Shown here in pieces: positions 9,840 through 20,402 of a stretch of 64,000 nt of DNA. The translations under genes and the position numbers were made by a program. Each line of letters opens with the position of its first letter. Within the stretch, counting starts at the first letter, position 1. Origin of the DNA: Diplonema japonicum (lineage: Eukaryota > Protista > Euglenozoa: Diplonemea); contig OZ025704.1 of assembly GCA_964019335.1 (NCBI GenBank), positions 372,001-436,000 on the forward strand, in the 5' to 3' direction. Below the pieces are notes generated by a model. That model made no database searches, was not told where the DNA came from, and saw only the letters and a list, made by a program, of their open reading frames with translations.

Positions 9840-11960
9840 ATGGACCCCTTTGAAGAACAGTCTCCAAAGGCACGTGAAAAGCAAGCGCTCTCTCCCCCTG
9901 ACAACGAAGAGGAGCAGTATGCTGGTGCAGTTATTGACGATGAGCTACGCAAAGGGGCGAAGATGAGGAGGGAACAGAGCATAAGATCAATATCAATGAT
10001 GAGAAGGGCAAGGGAGCTAGGGTTCACACACCCACCGCCTGGGCAGGGGCTGCGTGGACCACCGCCGTCAAAGGTTCTTGCTGCACTGATCATCCAGCGA
10101 ACGTGGAGGGGCTACACTGTCAGGCGCGACATTGAGAAAGTATTTTCACGGGGGGGCACCTACTCAGCTTACATCGCATTCGTACTCCTGAAGTCCATCA
10201 AACAGATCCCCGCCACACCTTGCCAAGACCGTCAGATAAGGCAGCTCCCCGCCACCCCCTATGGCAGCTTCAAGCTCACCACGACGGACACCACCACGTC
10301 AAAGGTCTCATTCTACCGCAGTATACGTTACTGGTCCCCTTCACGCGGTTATATTGTTTCCCTCGGTTTTTTTCTTACCGCTTCTATTGTGTGTCTTTAC
10401 TTCATACCCGGCTGGTGTGCTCTCACGCTCAATGTCATCTTCGAACACTGGCACACATCACTCACTGTTGAAAAGATGGTCAGCTGGGTCTTCTCGTATG
10501 GTCTTATCACCGCCGTCAGTGTGTCCATCTTCCGTTCTGTGCTGGTCGCCACGCAGTGCAAGTTCAACGAACGGTTGGAATTCGTCATCGCTATGATCGG
10601 CCTGAAGCATGGATGCAGTATACCCAGGGAGGACCTCACTGAGCTTAGGGTTACCGACCTCAGTCTTACGGGCATGTGCTTGTTCTCTGATGTGCCGTGG
10701 GGTGTTATCCACGCTGCGCATGTTATTTGCGGCCTTATAACAGTCGCCACCTTTGATTATGTATTGGCCCTCACCAACCTGGGCACCGTGCTGCTGTTCG
10801 TGCTGTTCACGATGCTGTATGACCGATTGGTCCTCACGCAGCTGGAAGTCGAGACAATGGTGCACCACTACGAGTCACGCCTCAGCAGTATCTGTGCACC
10901 GTCGATGTTCAGGCCAGTGCGACTTGCGCTTTCGAAATCCTTGATGCGCATGCGGCGCACCTTCTCACGAGTGCACGGGACCACTTTCATCACAGTGTTC
11001 ATGTTATCGATGTCGCTTCCGGTGCTCTTCTTCTACGCGGGAAGCAAGCGTGTGAAGGCGCACAGCCTCAGCACGGACAACTTCGTTTTTTGCGTCGCGT
11101 ACTTTCTGTTCACACAGGCGTCGTTGTACCTTGCGAACCAACGGCTGGCGAGTGCTATGCTCTGCCGCAATGCGATAACCCGTCTGTTCAAGGTGACGTG
11201 GCACTTCAGGGAATTCAGCGACAGGCTGACATTTCACGAAAAAGAGTGCCACATGGTGATGAAAGTGGAGGGGACCACAACGCATAGGACACAGCCATTT
11301 TCGGTGGGTCTGGGGGTGGTGGTGTTGGCATGCTGGGCAATGCTGCTGACGTGGGTGATATTCTTCACAATGCGCATCGAGCTGGAGTGCACTGATGTGT
11401 CGGCAGCGTGTTACTCCTTTGCAGACAACACAACCGTCGCGGAGAAAGAAGTGGTACTGAAGTTTGACTTCACCTTCTTTGACGGGTGCAAGATGCGGCG
11501 CCCTGTGGCGAGAACACTGAGAGAATGCGCGAGGAACGCAGCAAAAGCACACGGATGGATGGACAAAGAGTATGTGAGCACAGTGTCCTACCCCGGGTGG
11601 AGGGGGAGGAGGAAGGGCTTCTCAAAACTGATGCGGATTAAGACATTCAACAAAACAAGACATGTCTGTCCTGCTCTGACCTTCGACAGAGGCCCCTTCC
11701 TTGATATTGTAGAAATCGATGACGACGAGAGATCCTCCCTCTCAAGAGGGCAGGTCGGCGACATTTACTTTAATAATGCTAAAAGCGTTTTCTATGAGGA
11801 CAATAATTTTCAGGGCTGTAGCTCCGAGTGGATCGTCCTCAAAGGGTCCTGTAATGAGTATCGTTATGCTCTCCATGAGTGCTGGTGTCGTGAGGGCTAC
11901 CCTGTCAATATATCTGCTGTGGATTGCTCTTCTTACGAAGCAAAATGGGCACAAGAGTAG
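9840..11960 (+). CDS. Polytopic membrane protein with an N-terminal IQ motif and a Cys-rich C-terminal domain
   Basis: ATG at 9840 follows a poly(A) tract and ACAG. IQ motif AALIIQRTWRGYTVRR; about 7 hydrophobic segments; Cys-rich tail. Confidence 0.7.
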   Translation: MDPFEEQSPKAREKQALSPPDNEEEQYAGAVIDDELRKGAKMRREQSIRSISMMRRARELGFTHPPPGQGLRGPPPSKVLAALIIQRTWRGYTVRRDIEKVFSRGGTYSAYIAFVLLKSIKQIPATPCQDRQIRQLPATPYGSFKLTTTDTTTSKVSFYRSIRYWSPSRGYIVSLGFFLTASIVCLYFIPGWCALTLNVIFEHWHTSLTVEKMVSWVFSYGLITAVSVSIFRSVLVATQCKFNERLEFVIAMIGLKHGCSIPREDLTELRVTDLSLTGMCLFSDVPWGVIHAAHVICGLITVATFDYVLALTNLGTVLLFVLFTMLYDRLVLTQLEVETMVHHYESRLSSICAPSMFRPVRLALSKSLMRMRRTFSRVHGTTFITVFMLSMSLPVLFFYAGSKRVKAHSLSTDNFVFCVAYFLFTQASLYLANQRLASAMLCRNAITRLFKVTWHFREFSDRLTFHEKECHMVMKVEGTTTHRTQPFSVGLGVVVLACWAMLLTWVIFFTMRIELECTDVSAACYSFADNTTVAEKEVVLKFDFTFFDGCKMRRPVARTLRECARNAAKAHGWMDKEYVSTVSYPGWRGRRKGFSKLMRIKTFNKTRHVCPALTFDRGPFLDIVEIDDDERSSLSRGQVGDIYFNNAKSVFYEDNNFQGCSSEWIVLKGSCNEYRYALHECWCREGYPVNISAVDCSSYEAKWAQE

Positions 11961-12366
11961 ATGACCAATCTTTTTTAAAAGATAAGGCCTTTTTTATATC
12001 TCTGTTAGTCTCCTTTAACATTTAAGCCCCCTCCGCCCCTCTCGCTTCACTAATTGCCCCCCCTTTTTCTTTATTTTTGTAAGGAGTAACCGGAACATTG
12101 ATTGGGCGATGATGGTGGTTTTTATTTTGCCTGGCCCTTTTTATTTTGTATAGGTTCTTTTTTTTTTTTAAAGTCCCCTCCCCGCCCTACTGATTCTCCC
12201 GCATTTACACGGCTAATGAAAAATTATTTTCATTTTTTTTTTCCATTATTAAAAAGATCTGTTTTCTTCGTTTTATTTTTTTTTTCCCATAAGACTTCAT
12301 TATAGTGAATTTGATATTATGTTATCCTCGCCCTCCTTTATCACTAAAACAAGAAACAACAACAAC

Positions 12367-12397
<31 letters not shown>

Positions 12398-12463
12398 CCA
12401 GCATCCACCGCTCATCCAGAATACACAAGGAGAAAAAAAAAAGAAAAAAAAGGGAGGAAAGAA

Positions 12464-15125
12464 ATGGCGACCCGCGCAGGGCAAGGTGTGTTTGTATACT
12501 GCAACACAGTAAAGCACGATGCTGATGTAAGATGTGTGGCTCCGCACCCGAATCTGGATGGGGGGCTGATAACAGCGTCGTACGACAAGACAGCGAAGGT
12601 GTGGATGGTGGGAAAGGCTGGGGAGGAAAGCGAGACCGTGTCAACCTTCGTAGGGCACACCGGGTGGGTGGGATGTGTGACATACCTTCAAGGGTCCGCC
12701 GGGAGCAAGTCCTTCATGGCGACTTCCGGTTGGGACAAAAACCTCGTTCTGTGGGACTTAGAATCCTGCCAACCAGAATGGCTCCTCGAGGCCCACACCG
12801 ACAAGGTCACCTGCATAGCCGCCCTCAGAGGCGGTGAGATCATTACCGGTGGCTACGACAAAACAGCAATCCTCTGGAAAGACGGGTACCTTGTAAAGAA
12901 ACTGACGAACCACACAGCACCTGTGGCCTGTGCCTGCGGGTTGGAAAACGGCGATGCTGTAACAGGCGGTGCCCATGGCGACAACTCTCTCATGAGATGG
13001 TCGTCCAAAGGCGAGCTTCTCAAAGTATTCAAGTCGCACACATCCGGCGTCAGGGGTGTTGCATCTGTCTCGGCGACAGAGTTTGTCTCCTGCAGCAACG
13101 ACATGACTCTCATCTTGTGGTCCATCAACGGTGCCGTCTTGCAGACCTTCGCGGGGCACAAGAACCAAGTCTACTCCGTCGCAGTCCTTCCCAGCGGGGA
13201 GTTCGTCTCCGGTTCGGAAGACAAAACTGTGAAGGTGTGGAACATCGAAGGGGGTTGCATTCAGACAATCCCCATGCAGTCCTTCGTCTTCTCCGTCTGT
13301 GCGCTTGCGAACGGCGACATCGCCGCAGGCTGCACCGACGGCACAGCAAGAATCTTCACCCGCTCCCCTGAGCGTGTCGCACCCGAAGACAAGGTCAAAG
13401 CCTTCAACGACGAGGTGGCCAACCAGAAGATCTCGAAGGGCGGTCTTAGCGGACTTGACATGGCCACGCTCCCAGGAAGGGAAGCCCTACAGACCGCTGG
13501 TGTATCCGAGGGACAGCAAAAAATCATCAAGTCAGAAAAAGGTGCGGAAGTATACTGCTGGACCATGGCCAAGCAGGCGTGGGAGAAGGTCGGCGACGTG
13601 GTTGACGGTGACGGTGAGGATTACACGGGCCCCACCAAGGTGGTGTACAAAGGGAAGGAGTGGGACTACGTGTTCGATGTGGACCTGACGGGCGACGGGA
13701 ACGGGATGTTCAGACTCCCCTACAACAAGGGAGAGAACCCCTACGAGGCGGCGCAGAGGTTCATCCACGACCACACCGAGTCGGGCATCACGAACAACCA
13801 CTTGGACCAGATAGCTAAGTTCATCTTCGACAACGCAGAGGGGACTGGCATCGCTGCTATTTCCGCCGACGCCTGTGTCTCTGACTACGCGAGGGAGGCA
13901 GCAGCTGCGGCAGCGTCGGGCACCAGCAGCATGTCCAACATTGAAGCTCTCCGCAAGATGGAGAAAGAAGGGACTAGCACCGCCTTCTCCGAGTACGCGA
14001 AAGAGGCAGCCGCTGCGGGTATCGAGTCCACGTCGATAAAGGACAACATGAAGAAGCTCGGTGATGGTGATGGACTTGCTTACTCAGCCTTTGCCCAAGA
14101 AGCGGCTCAGCTGAGCGCTGGGCAGTCCGTGGGCGCGGGAGGGTTGAAGCCCGTTCCCGAAGGGGTGTTGGGGGACTTCACGACATTCACGAAAATCAAC
14201 CCGGAAGGGATGGCGAAGAAGCTGTTGCAGCAGAACACGGAACAGCCTGCAATAGGTTTGGACACGCTGCTAGCGGGGGTGGACGCGATGGGCAGCGGGG
14301 CCCTTGCAACAATACCTGTGCAAGTGGCGAGCATTTTCACGAAGTGGTCTGCAGGGCAACGGTTCGCCGCCATCGACTTCCTGCGGCAGGCGGTGCTGAG
14401 CCCGACGATCGCATCCGCCGCAGGCAGTGACCCTATCCTGTCGGAAGCCTTCACCTTGTTCATGAGCTCGGATATCCCTGCTGCTGTAGGGCCGGAGATG
14501 GGGCTCTGTTTGAAGGCGTACTGCAACCTGTTTGCGACGCCAGCTGGGCGGGGGGTGGCCGAAGGCCTGGCTGTGAAGACCTTCGACTCCCTGCAAAAGG
14601 TATGGGTCTATAACACCAAAACAAACAAAAAAAAAGTTATGGAGAAGTGCAGAGCCCCCTGTTCGAGTGCTGTACGCAACCCTCCTACTCAGCTTCGCCA
14701 GGCACTACAGAGAGCAAGTATGCTTGACCACACCTAACCACATTGTACACAACCTACAGGATAAGGCGGGTAGTGTTGCTGCCGACATGGTACCGACTCT
14801 GTGCACTGGGCTCCTTTACGACAAGGAACCTGCTGTCATCGGGCTGTTGCTCAATGCGCTTGGTATATATTTTGTTTTCTTTCCTTTTTTTTTTAAAACA
14901 CGTGAACAGGATGCCTGATGCTCCCAGGAAGCGGAAAACCCACATTCTCCATGGAATGCGCAAGTCGTGCCAAAAGATGTTTCCTACAGGATTCCCTGCG
15001 GGCAATTATCCCGCCCACTGTCCCCGCTACTGAAACCGTGGTATGAACGGGGGAGGCGGACAAAAAAGAAGATATACACAATTACACAGTCTCAAATACA
15101 AGTCTTGCTGAGCATGATCGAATAG
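12464..15125 (+). CDS. PLAA: Phospholipase A2-activating protein / Doa1 (WD40-PFU-PUL); introns 14600-14636, 14718-14759, 14863-14909, 15041-15089
   Basis: WD40 repeats (TASYDKTAKVW, SGSEDKTVKVW); PFU motif GKEWDYVFDVD...LPYNKGENPYEAAQRFI; PUL-like RFAAIDFLR, ATLLLS, NALGCL restored after splicing; TAG at 15123-15125. Confidence 0.92.
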
Positions 15126-15284
15126 GCAATTTATTAAAAAAAAAGAAGAGGGGGGAAAAAAAAGAGAAGGTCGAGGTGGGGTATTTCTGTTTTTTTTTTG
15201 TTGCTCTTCTCTTATTTTCCATAGGACTTTTCTTTCCACCCCCCCTTTTTAGTCTAGACGTGACTTTCTTCCCCCAAACCTTAG

Positions 15285-15315
<31 letters not shown>

Positions 15316-15478
15316 CGAGAAAACAAAAAAAAAGTGTGGGTTTCTTTTTTTAAAAATTCCTAGCCCCCCCCAGAAAAAAAAAGTTCCAAGAATTCTTTAA
15401 GAGAAAAAAAAAAAGAACCCAGCTTCTACTATTTAAAAGAAAAAAAGGAAGGACCAAACAAAAAAAAATAAAATAAAA

Positions 15479-17401
15479 ATGGGACGAGATGAAGGCGGCG
15501 GGGGGAAGGGAAGGGGCACGACTGTGGGAAAGCCGATGAACAAAAGTGCTGCGAACGTGCAAATTACTGCAGAGCAGCTGTTGATTGAGGCAAGGGACAG
15601 GACGGAGCAGGAACCGCATAGGCAGAGGTCGAAGCTTCACGACAAGGAGGAACTGATGGAGTACCGATCAACGAAGAGAGGGGAATTCGAAAAGCTCATC
15701 CAAAGAAACAAGGTGTTGATGAGCAACTGGACGAAGTACGCCAGATGGGAGGAAAACCAAGCAGAGTTCGTCAGAGCAAGATCAATCTTCGAGAGGGCCT
15801 TGGATGCCATTCCGGCAAACCACTCCCTCTACCAAAAGTACGCCGAAATGGAGATGAAAGCGGAAAACATAAACAGCGCCAGAAACATATGGCGACGCGC
15901 AGTCACAATCCTCCCCCGCGTGGACGGCCTGTGGATGAAATGGGCTTTAATGGAGGAGACCATTGGTGATGTCGCAATGTGCAGAAAGGTCTTCCAAGAC
16001 TGGATGGGTTGGAAGCCCAAATCACACGGCTGGCATCTATTCGCGAAATTTGAAATCCGGTTCAAGGAAATCGAGAAGGCAAGAGACGTCATTCGGCAAA
16101 TGGTTACTTATTTCAACGACGAACCAAGCTGGCTGTACTTCGCACGGTTCGAGGAGAAGTACGGAAAACCCGCATTGGCACGCCGTATCTATGAAGAAGG
16201 ATTGGACGCACTGGGCACGGAATGCACCGACAAGATCTTCATCGCGTTCGCAAAGTTCGAGGAACGCCAGAAGGAGTTCGAAAGATCCCGCGGCATCTAC
16301 AAGATCGCGCTTGACAGGATCAGCAAGGACAAGGCACCGGACTTATACGCGACTTACGTAGAGTTCGAAAAGATGTACGGCGAAAGGCAAGGGATCGAGG
16401 ACGCGCTCATCTCACGTCGGAGATTTGAATACGAAGAGTCCATCAAAGCAATGCCTTACAACTACGATGTTTGGTTCAATTACGTCCGCATGGAGGAATC
16501 CCAGAACAATCCCGAACTCGTCCGCGATCTCTACGAACGCGCCATCGCCGTGAAGCCGATGAACGAGAAACAATACTGGTCAAGGTACGTGTACCTGTGG
16601 CTTATGTACGCTCAGTACGAAGAGCTAGACATGGAGGATAAGGGAAAGGCCGACAAGGTGTTCCAAGCCATGCTTCGCGCCATCCCGCACAAGATGTTTT
16701 CCTTCTCGAAGGCGTGGATCGCTTACGCTGAGTTCCTTCTTCGCTGCAACCGTCTCGACGACATGCGAAAGGTAATGGGAAACGGGTTGGGCGCAAACCC
16801 CCGGCCGAAAATGTACAGATGGTACGTTGAACTGGAAGTAACACTGGGCAACATCGAAAGAGTTCGAGGGTTGTACACGTCATGGTTGAAGGCCGTCCCG
16901 TCTGACGGTAGGGTATGGGCGAGGTTTGCTGAGTTCGAACTTACGCTAAATGAGACAAAACGCGCCCGCGAACTATTCGAGCTCGGGGTTTCTCAAGAGG
17001 TCCTCGACCAACCAGAGCTTCTTTGGAAGAAATACATCAACACCGAGATCAAATTGAAGAACTACACCCGTGCTTCAGAGCTGTACAAAACCCTTGCCGG
17101 GAAGACAAAGCACGTTAAGGTATACCTAGCATGGGCCAACATGGAACGCGAGACTGTTAAATCCATCGATGCCGCGCGTGCTGTTTATGAGGAGGCTGAT
17201 ATTACTTTGTCGGCGGATGCTGAGTCTTCTGAGGAGCACAACTTTCTGCTTGAGCAGTGGAAGGCCTTCGAGGAAGCCCACGGGACCCCCGCAATGGCGG
17301 ACAATGTCGATGTTAAACTCCACCCAGAGAAGGCCAAGAAGAAGTCGTCGAAGCTCATGGAACGCGCACAGGCTTGGAAAAAGCGTAAGACACAAGAGTA
17401 A
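15479..17401 (+). CDS. CRNKL1: Crooked-neck / Clf1 / Syf3 HAT-repeat pre-mRNA splicing factor
   Basis: NKSAANVQITAEQLL, WTKYARWEE, RARSIFERALD, RAVTILPRVD, NYDVWFNYVRMEE, C-terminal KLMERAQAWKK. Confidence 0.95.
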   Translation: MGRDEGGGGKGRGTTVGKPMNKSAANVQITAEQLLIEARDRTEQEPHRQRSKLHDKEELMEYRSTKRGEFEKLIQRNKVLMSNWTKYARWEENQAEFVRARSIFERALDAIPANHSLYQKYAEMEMKAENINSARNIWRRAVTILPRVDGLWMKWALMEETIGDVAMCRKVFQDWMGWKPKSHGWHLFAKFEIRFKEIEKARDVIRQMVTYFNDEPSWLYFARFEEKYGKPALARRIYEEGLDALGTECTDKIFIAFAKFEERQKEFERSRGIYKIALDRISKDKAPDLYATYVEFEKMYGERQGIEDALISRRRFEYEESIKAMPYNYDVWFNYVRMEESQNNPELVRDLYERAIAVKPMNEKQYWSRYVYLWLMYAQYEELDMEDKGKADKVFQAMLRAIPHKMFSFSKAWIAYAEFLLRCNRLDDMRKVMGNGLGANPRPKMYRWYVELEVTLGNIERVRGLYTSWLKAVPSDGRVWARFAEFELTLNETKRARELFELGVSQEVLDQPELLWKKYINTEIKLKNYTRASELYKTLAGKTKHVKVYLAWANMERETVKSIDAARAVYEEADITLSADAESSEEHNFLLEQWKAFEEAHGTPAMADNVDVKLHPEKAKKKSSKLMERAQAWKKRKTQE

Positions 17402-17461
17402 ATCGGAAAAAAAAAAAAAAAAAAAAAAGAGAGAGAAAAGAAGAAAAAAATGGTATTTTTT

Positions 17462-17501
<40 letters not shown>

Positions 17502-17706
17502 AGGATCGCTTCATCCAGGTTTTTTTTTTATAGTGTTTTTTAAGTTCAGTGTGTGTGGGGGGGGGGGGGGGGGTGGTGGTACCTTTAATCAAAAAAAAAA
17601 AAACTGGAAAAAAGAAACCTTTGGAATTTTTTATTTTTTTGTATTTGGTTCCCCCCAACCCGAAAAAAAGAAGAGAGGGGGGAGGGAGGAAAGAAAAAAA
17701 AAGAAG

Positions 17707-18106
17707 ATGGGAGACCACGAATTCGAGGAGGAGGACCAGGAGATCACTTTGAACTCCGATAAAATTACAGAGATTTTGGAAGAAGCAATAAAACAAACAC
17801 TACAAGGCCAGTCGTGGCAGCCTAAGAAGGTCGAGGGGTGGACTTCAAACATCATTGAACATTGCCTGAAGCGATTAGCAGAAATGAAAAAGCCATTTAA
17901 GTACATAGTTACCTGTATAATAATGCAGAAAACAGGGGCAGGACTGCACTCCTCCTTCAGCGCGTTCTGGGACAACTCGGCAGATGGTATGGGGAAAAAA
18001 AAAAGATTTTTCTTTTTAACAATTTGCAGGAATTTGCTGCTACCCTCTTATGGACAACGACACCATCCACTGTGTGGTGACTGTTTACGGTTTAAAATTG
18101 GATTAG
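17707..18106 (+). CDS. DYNLT: Dynein light chain Tctex-type; intron 17987-18029
   Basis: KPFKYIVTCIIMQKTGAGLHS...FWDNSADG. After the intron: ICCYPLMDNDTIHCVVTVYG, TAG 18104-18106. Confidence 0.93.
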
Positions 18107-18278
18107 AGGCTGTAGAGGGGGGGGGGGGGGGGGGGGGGGGCTTTCCCCGAAATGGGGAAGAATAAAGTGTGTGTTTTATTGTTTCTACACATAGTTTTTT
18201 TTTTTTTTTCTTCTTAACCCCCTTTTTTTTTATTGTGTGAATGTAATACGAAAAAACAAAAAAGAAAATGTTGCTTTA

Positions 18279-18553
18279 CTGTAAAACAAAAAATATTGAC
18301 TCGTTCGGGGATTTTGTCTCGTTCGCCATTATTATTCTGCCCCGCCTTTTCGGTCATCGGGTTTTGCAGGATCCTGTGGGAGAAATACACACAGTGACGC
18401 TCTGGCCAACTTGCAGTCCGACCTGCTTGTTTTGTCCTAAGAAAAGGGGAGCGGGTGAGGCCTTGGCGCTGCCCGTGATATAAAAGGGATTTTAAAAATA
18501 CCGACGAGGATTTCGTGCTTTTTCCCGCCGTCCATCAATTTTTTGTTTTACAG
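18279..18553. mobile_element. 275-bp MITE-like element with 16-bp terminal inverted repeats and TA flanks (Tc1/mariner-like)
   Basis: TA|CTGTAAAACAAAAAAT (18279-18294) ... ATTTTTTGTTTTACAG|TA (18538-18553). No convincing coding capacity inside. Confidence 0.65.
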
Positions 18554-18644
18554 TATTCTTTTTTTTTCTTTTTTATAAACCTTGCATTTTTCAGGCATTT
18601 TTTTTTTCCCGGAAGAAGGGAAAAAAAAGAAGGGAAAAAAAAAA

Positions 18645-19709
18645 ATGGAAGACACCGAAGAAAATGCCTCACCACCACCACCACCACCTCCTCCTCCTCC
18701 TCCTCCTCCACCGCGGAGACCATCTGAAGCAACAGCAAAAGAAGAAGAAGAAGAAGACGAGGACTCTGCCTGTCGGAACACAGTCCACATCGTGCCGTTA
18801 CGCAAGAAGATGGGGAAGTATAAAATGGAGATAGAGACGGAGCGCGTGACGGGGATCGGGACAAGCAAGGAAGGGGACCCCTTGAGGAACGGCGGCTACG
18901 GCATGTTCACAAGAATGTCTGCATTCCTGGAGTGGTTCGTGGCCCGGAGAATAGGGGTGAAACACAGCAAAAAGTCCCCCTCTTCCGCACAGCTCCTGAC
19001 GCTTTACAGAGCGGTGTTCATAGCTAGTGAGCTTATCATCCTCGTCTGCTACTCGCTTTTATTTATTTACGCAGAGGACAAAGGCGAAGCTTGTTGTGCC
19101 GATTCAGGGCCGTCCCAACTGTCACAAGGTTATGTGAACACATTTGTAACCCCAGATAGTTGTTCCTCAGCTGCTCTCCCACCAAACTGCACCTCTCCTT
19201 CTTCTTCCTTCACACCGTTCTGCAATGAAACCGTAACAGACAAAGTCTTTTCGAGCCAGGCAAGCGGTGTGTCTATCGGGCTTTTTATTGGTGTTGTTGT
19301 AACAGCGCTTGATGGTGTGTGCTGGGGGTTGGATTTATTCCTTCCCGCAGCATTGGACAGGCCGCCTATCCTTCTTCTTACGGTGTTGAAGGTGTCGTCT
19401 GTGGCTGTGGCCATCAGCCTGTTGTTCGATAAGTCACCCACTGCCTTCACAAACTGTGAGTATTGGAAAGGGGTCGATGCTGCCTCGAATCAAGCCTCTC
19501 CTTCTACGTACTATGCAGCGTGCTTGGCGCTCTCTACGAGTTGTAGTAATCGGTTGACCTGGCTTAATGTCAACGACAATGCAGGGATGTATGATATTTT
19601 GTCTGCAATCGTGCTTGCGGTGCTGACCGTGCAGACACCTTTCTTGGCCTACTCTGTGGGTGTACGCATGCCGTTTGCTATGCGGGCGGCTGAGCTACGG
19701 AGAATTTGA
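18645..19709 (+). CDS. Four-TM membrane protein with Cys-rich loops and an N-terminal poly-Pro tract (unknown family)
   Basis: ATG after poly(A). Four hydrophobic segments separated by Cys-containing loops with N-glycosylation sequons (NCT, NET). Confidence 0.65.
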   Translation: MEDTEENASPPPPPPPPPPPPPPRRPSEATAKEEEEEDEDSACRNTVHIVPLRKKMGKYKMEIETERVTGIGTSKEGDPLRNGGYGMFTRMSAFLEWFVARRIGVKHSKKSPSSAQLLTLYRAVFIASELIILVCYSLLFIYAEDKGEACCADSGPSQLSQGYVNTFVTPDSCSSAALPPNCTSPSSSFTPFCNETVTDKVFSSQASGVSIGLFIGVVVTALDGVCWGLDLFLPAALDRPPILLLTVLKVSSVAVAISLLFDKSPTAFTNCEYWKGVDAASNQASPSTYYAACLALSTSCSNRLTWLNVNDNAGMYDILSAIVLAVLTVQTPFLAYSVGVRMPFAMRAAELRRI

Positions 19710-20402
19710 AAAAAAAAAAAAAAGAAAAGGGGGAAACAATGATGTGTCATAAGTATGAATTCTTTTCTGTTAGTTTTTTTTTTTTTTTTTTTTTTTTGTA
19801 AATTATCAAAAGAAAAAAGTAACGGGGGTGGGGGGGTGGGGCGGGCAGCTTCTTTTGTGTTGTGGCGGAATAAAGAAATATATAAATCTCTTTTTTATAT
19901 TACACACCTTCGTCATTTTGTTTTTCGCTCACATATTCTTTAAGCAGAAAGCCAGTTTTGAAATGCCTTTGTTGCAGATAAATGGTAATTCTGGTCAAGA
20001 TGAGTTGACTCGAATGACGGGGGAAAGAAAAGTGTAAAGAAGCCGTAAAGAAGAGAAAGAAAAAGAGAGAAAACGAAAGAATATTCTTTTTTTTTTTCTT
20101 CTCCCACCCCTTGTTGCCGCACAAACGAAAAAGAACAAACTTCTCTATTCCCCCTTTTTTAGGGCCTTCCCTGCTGAACCACGCAAGAGAGCACATATGC
20201 TGCGATCAGTCAGAGGGACGAAGGCGGTGATCGGGTAGGGTAGAAGAGCAATCTTTGCATACGAAGAGGACCGCTGCTGAAAGGGGTGTACTCCGTTTAT
20301 GAGAAGAAAAGAAGAAAAAAAAAAGAAATAGATGATAGAGAACTTTTTATTTTTATCCCTTCAATTCCAGTTTTTTTTTTTTTCCCTTTTTTTTTTTTTC
20401 TT

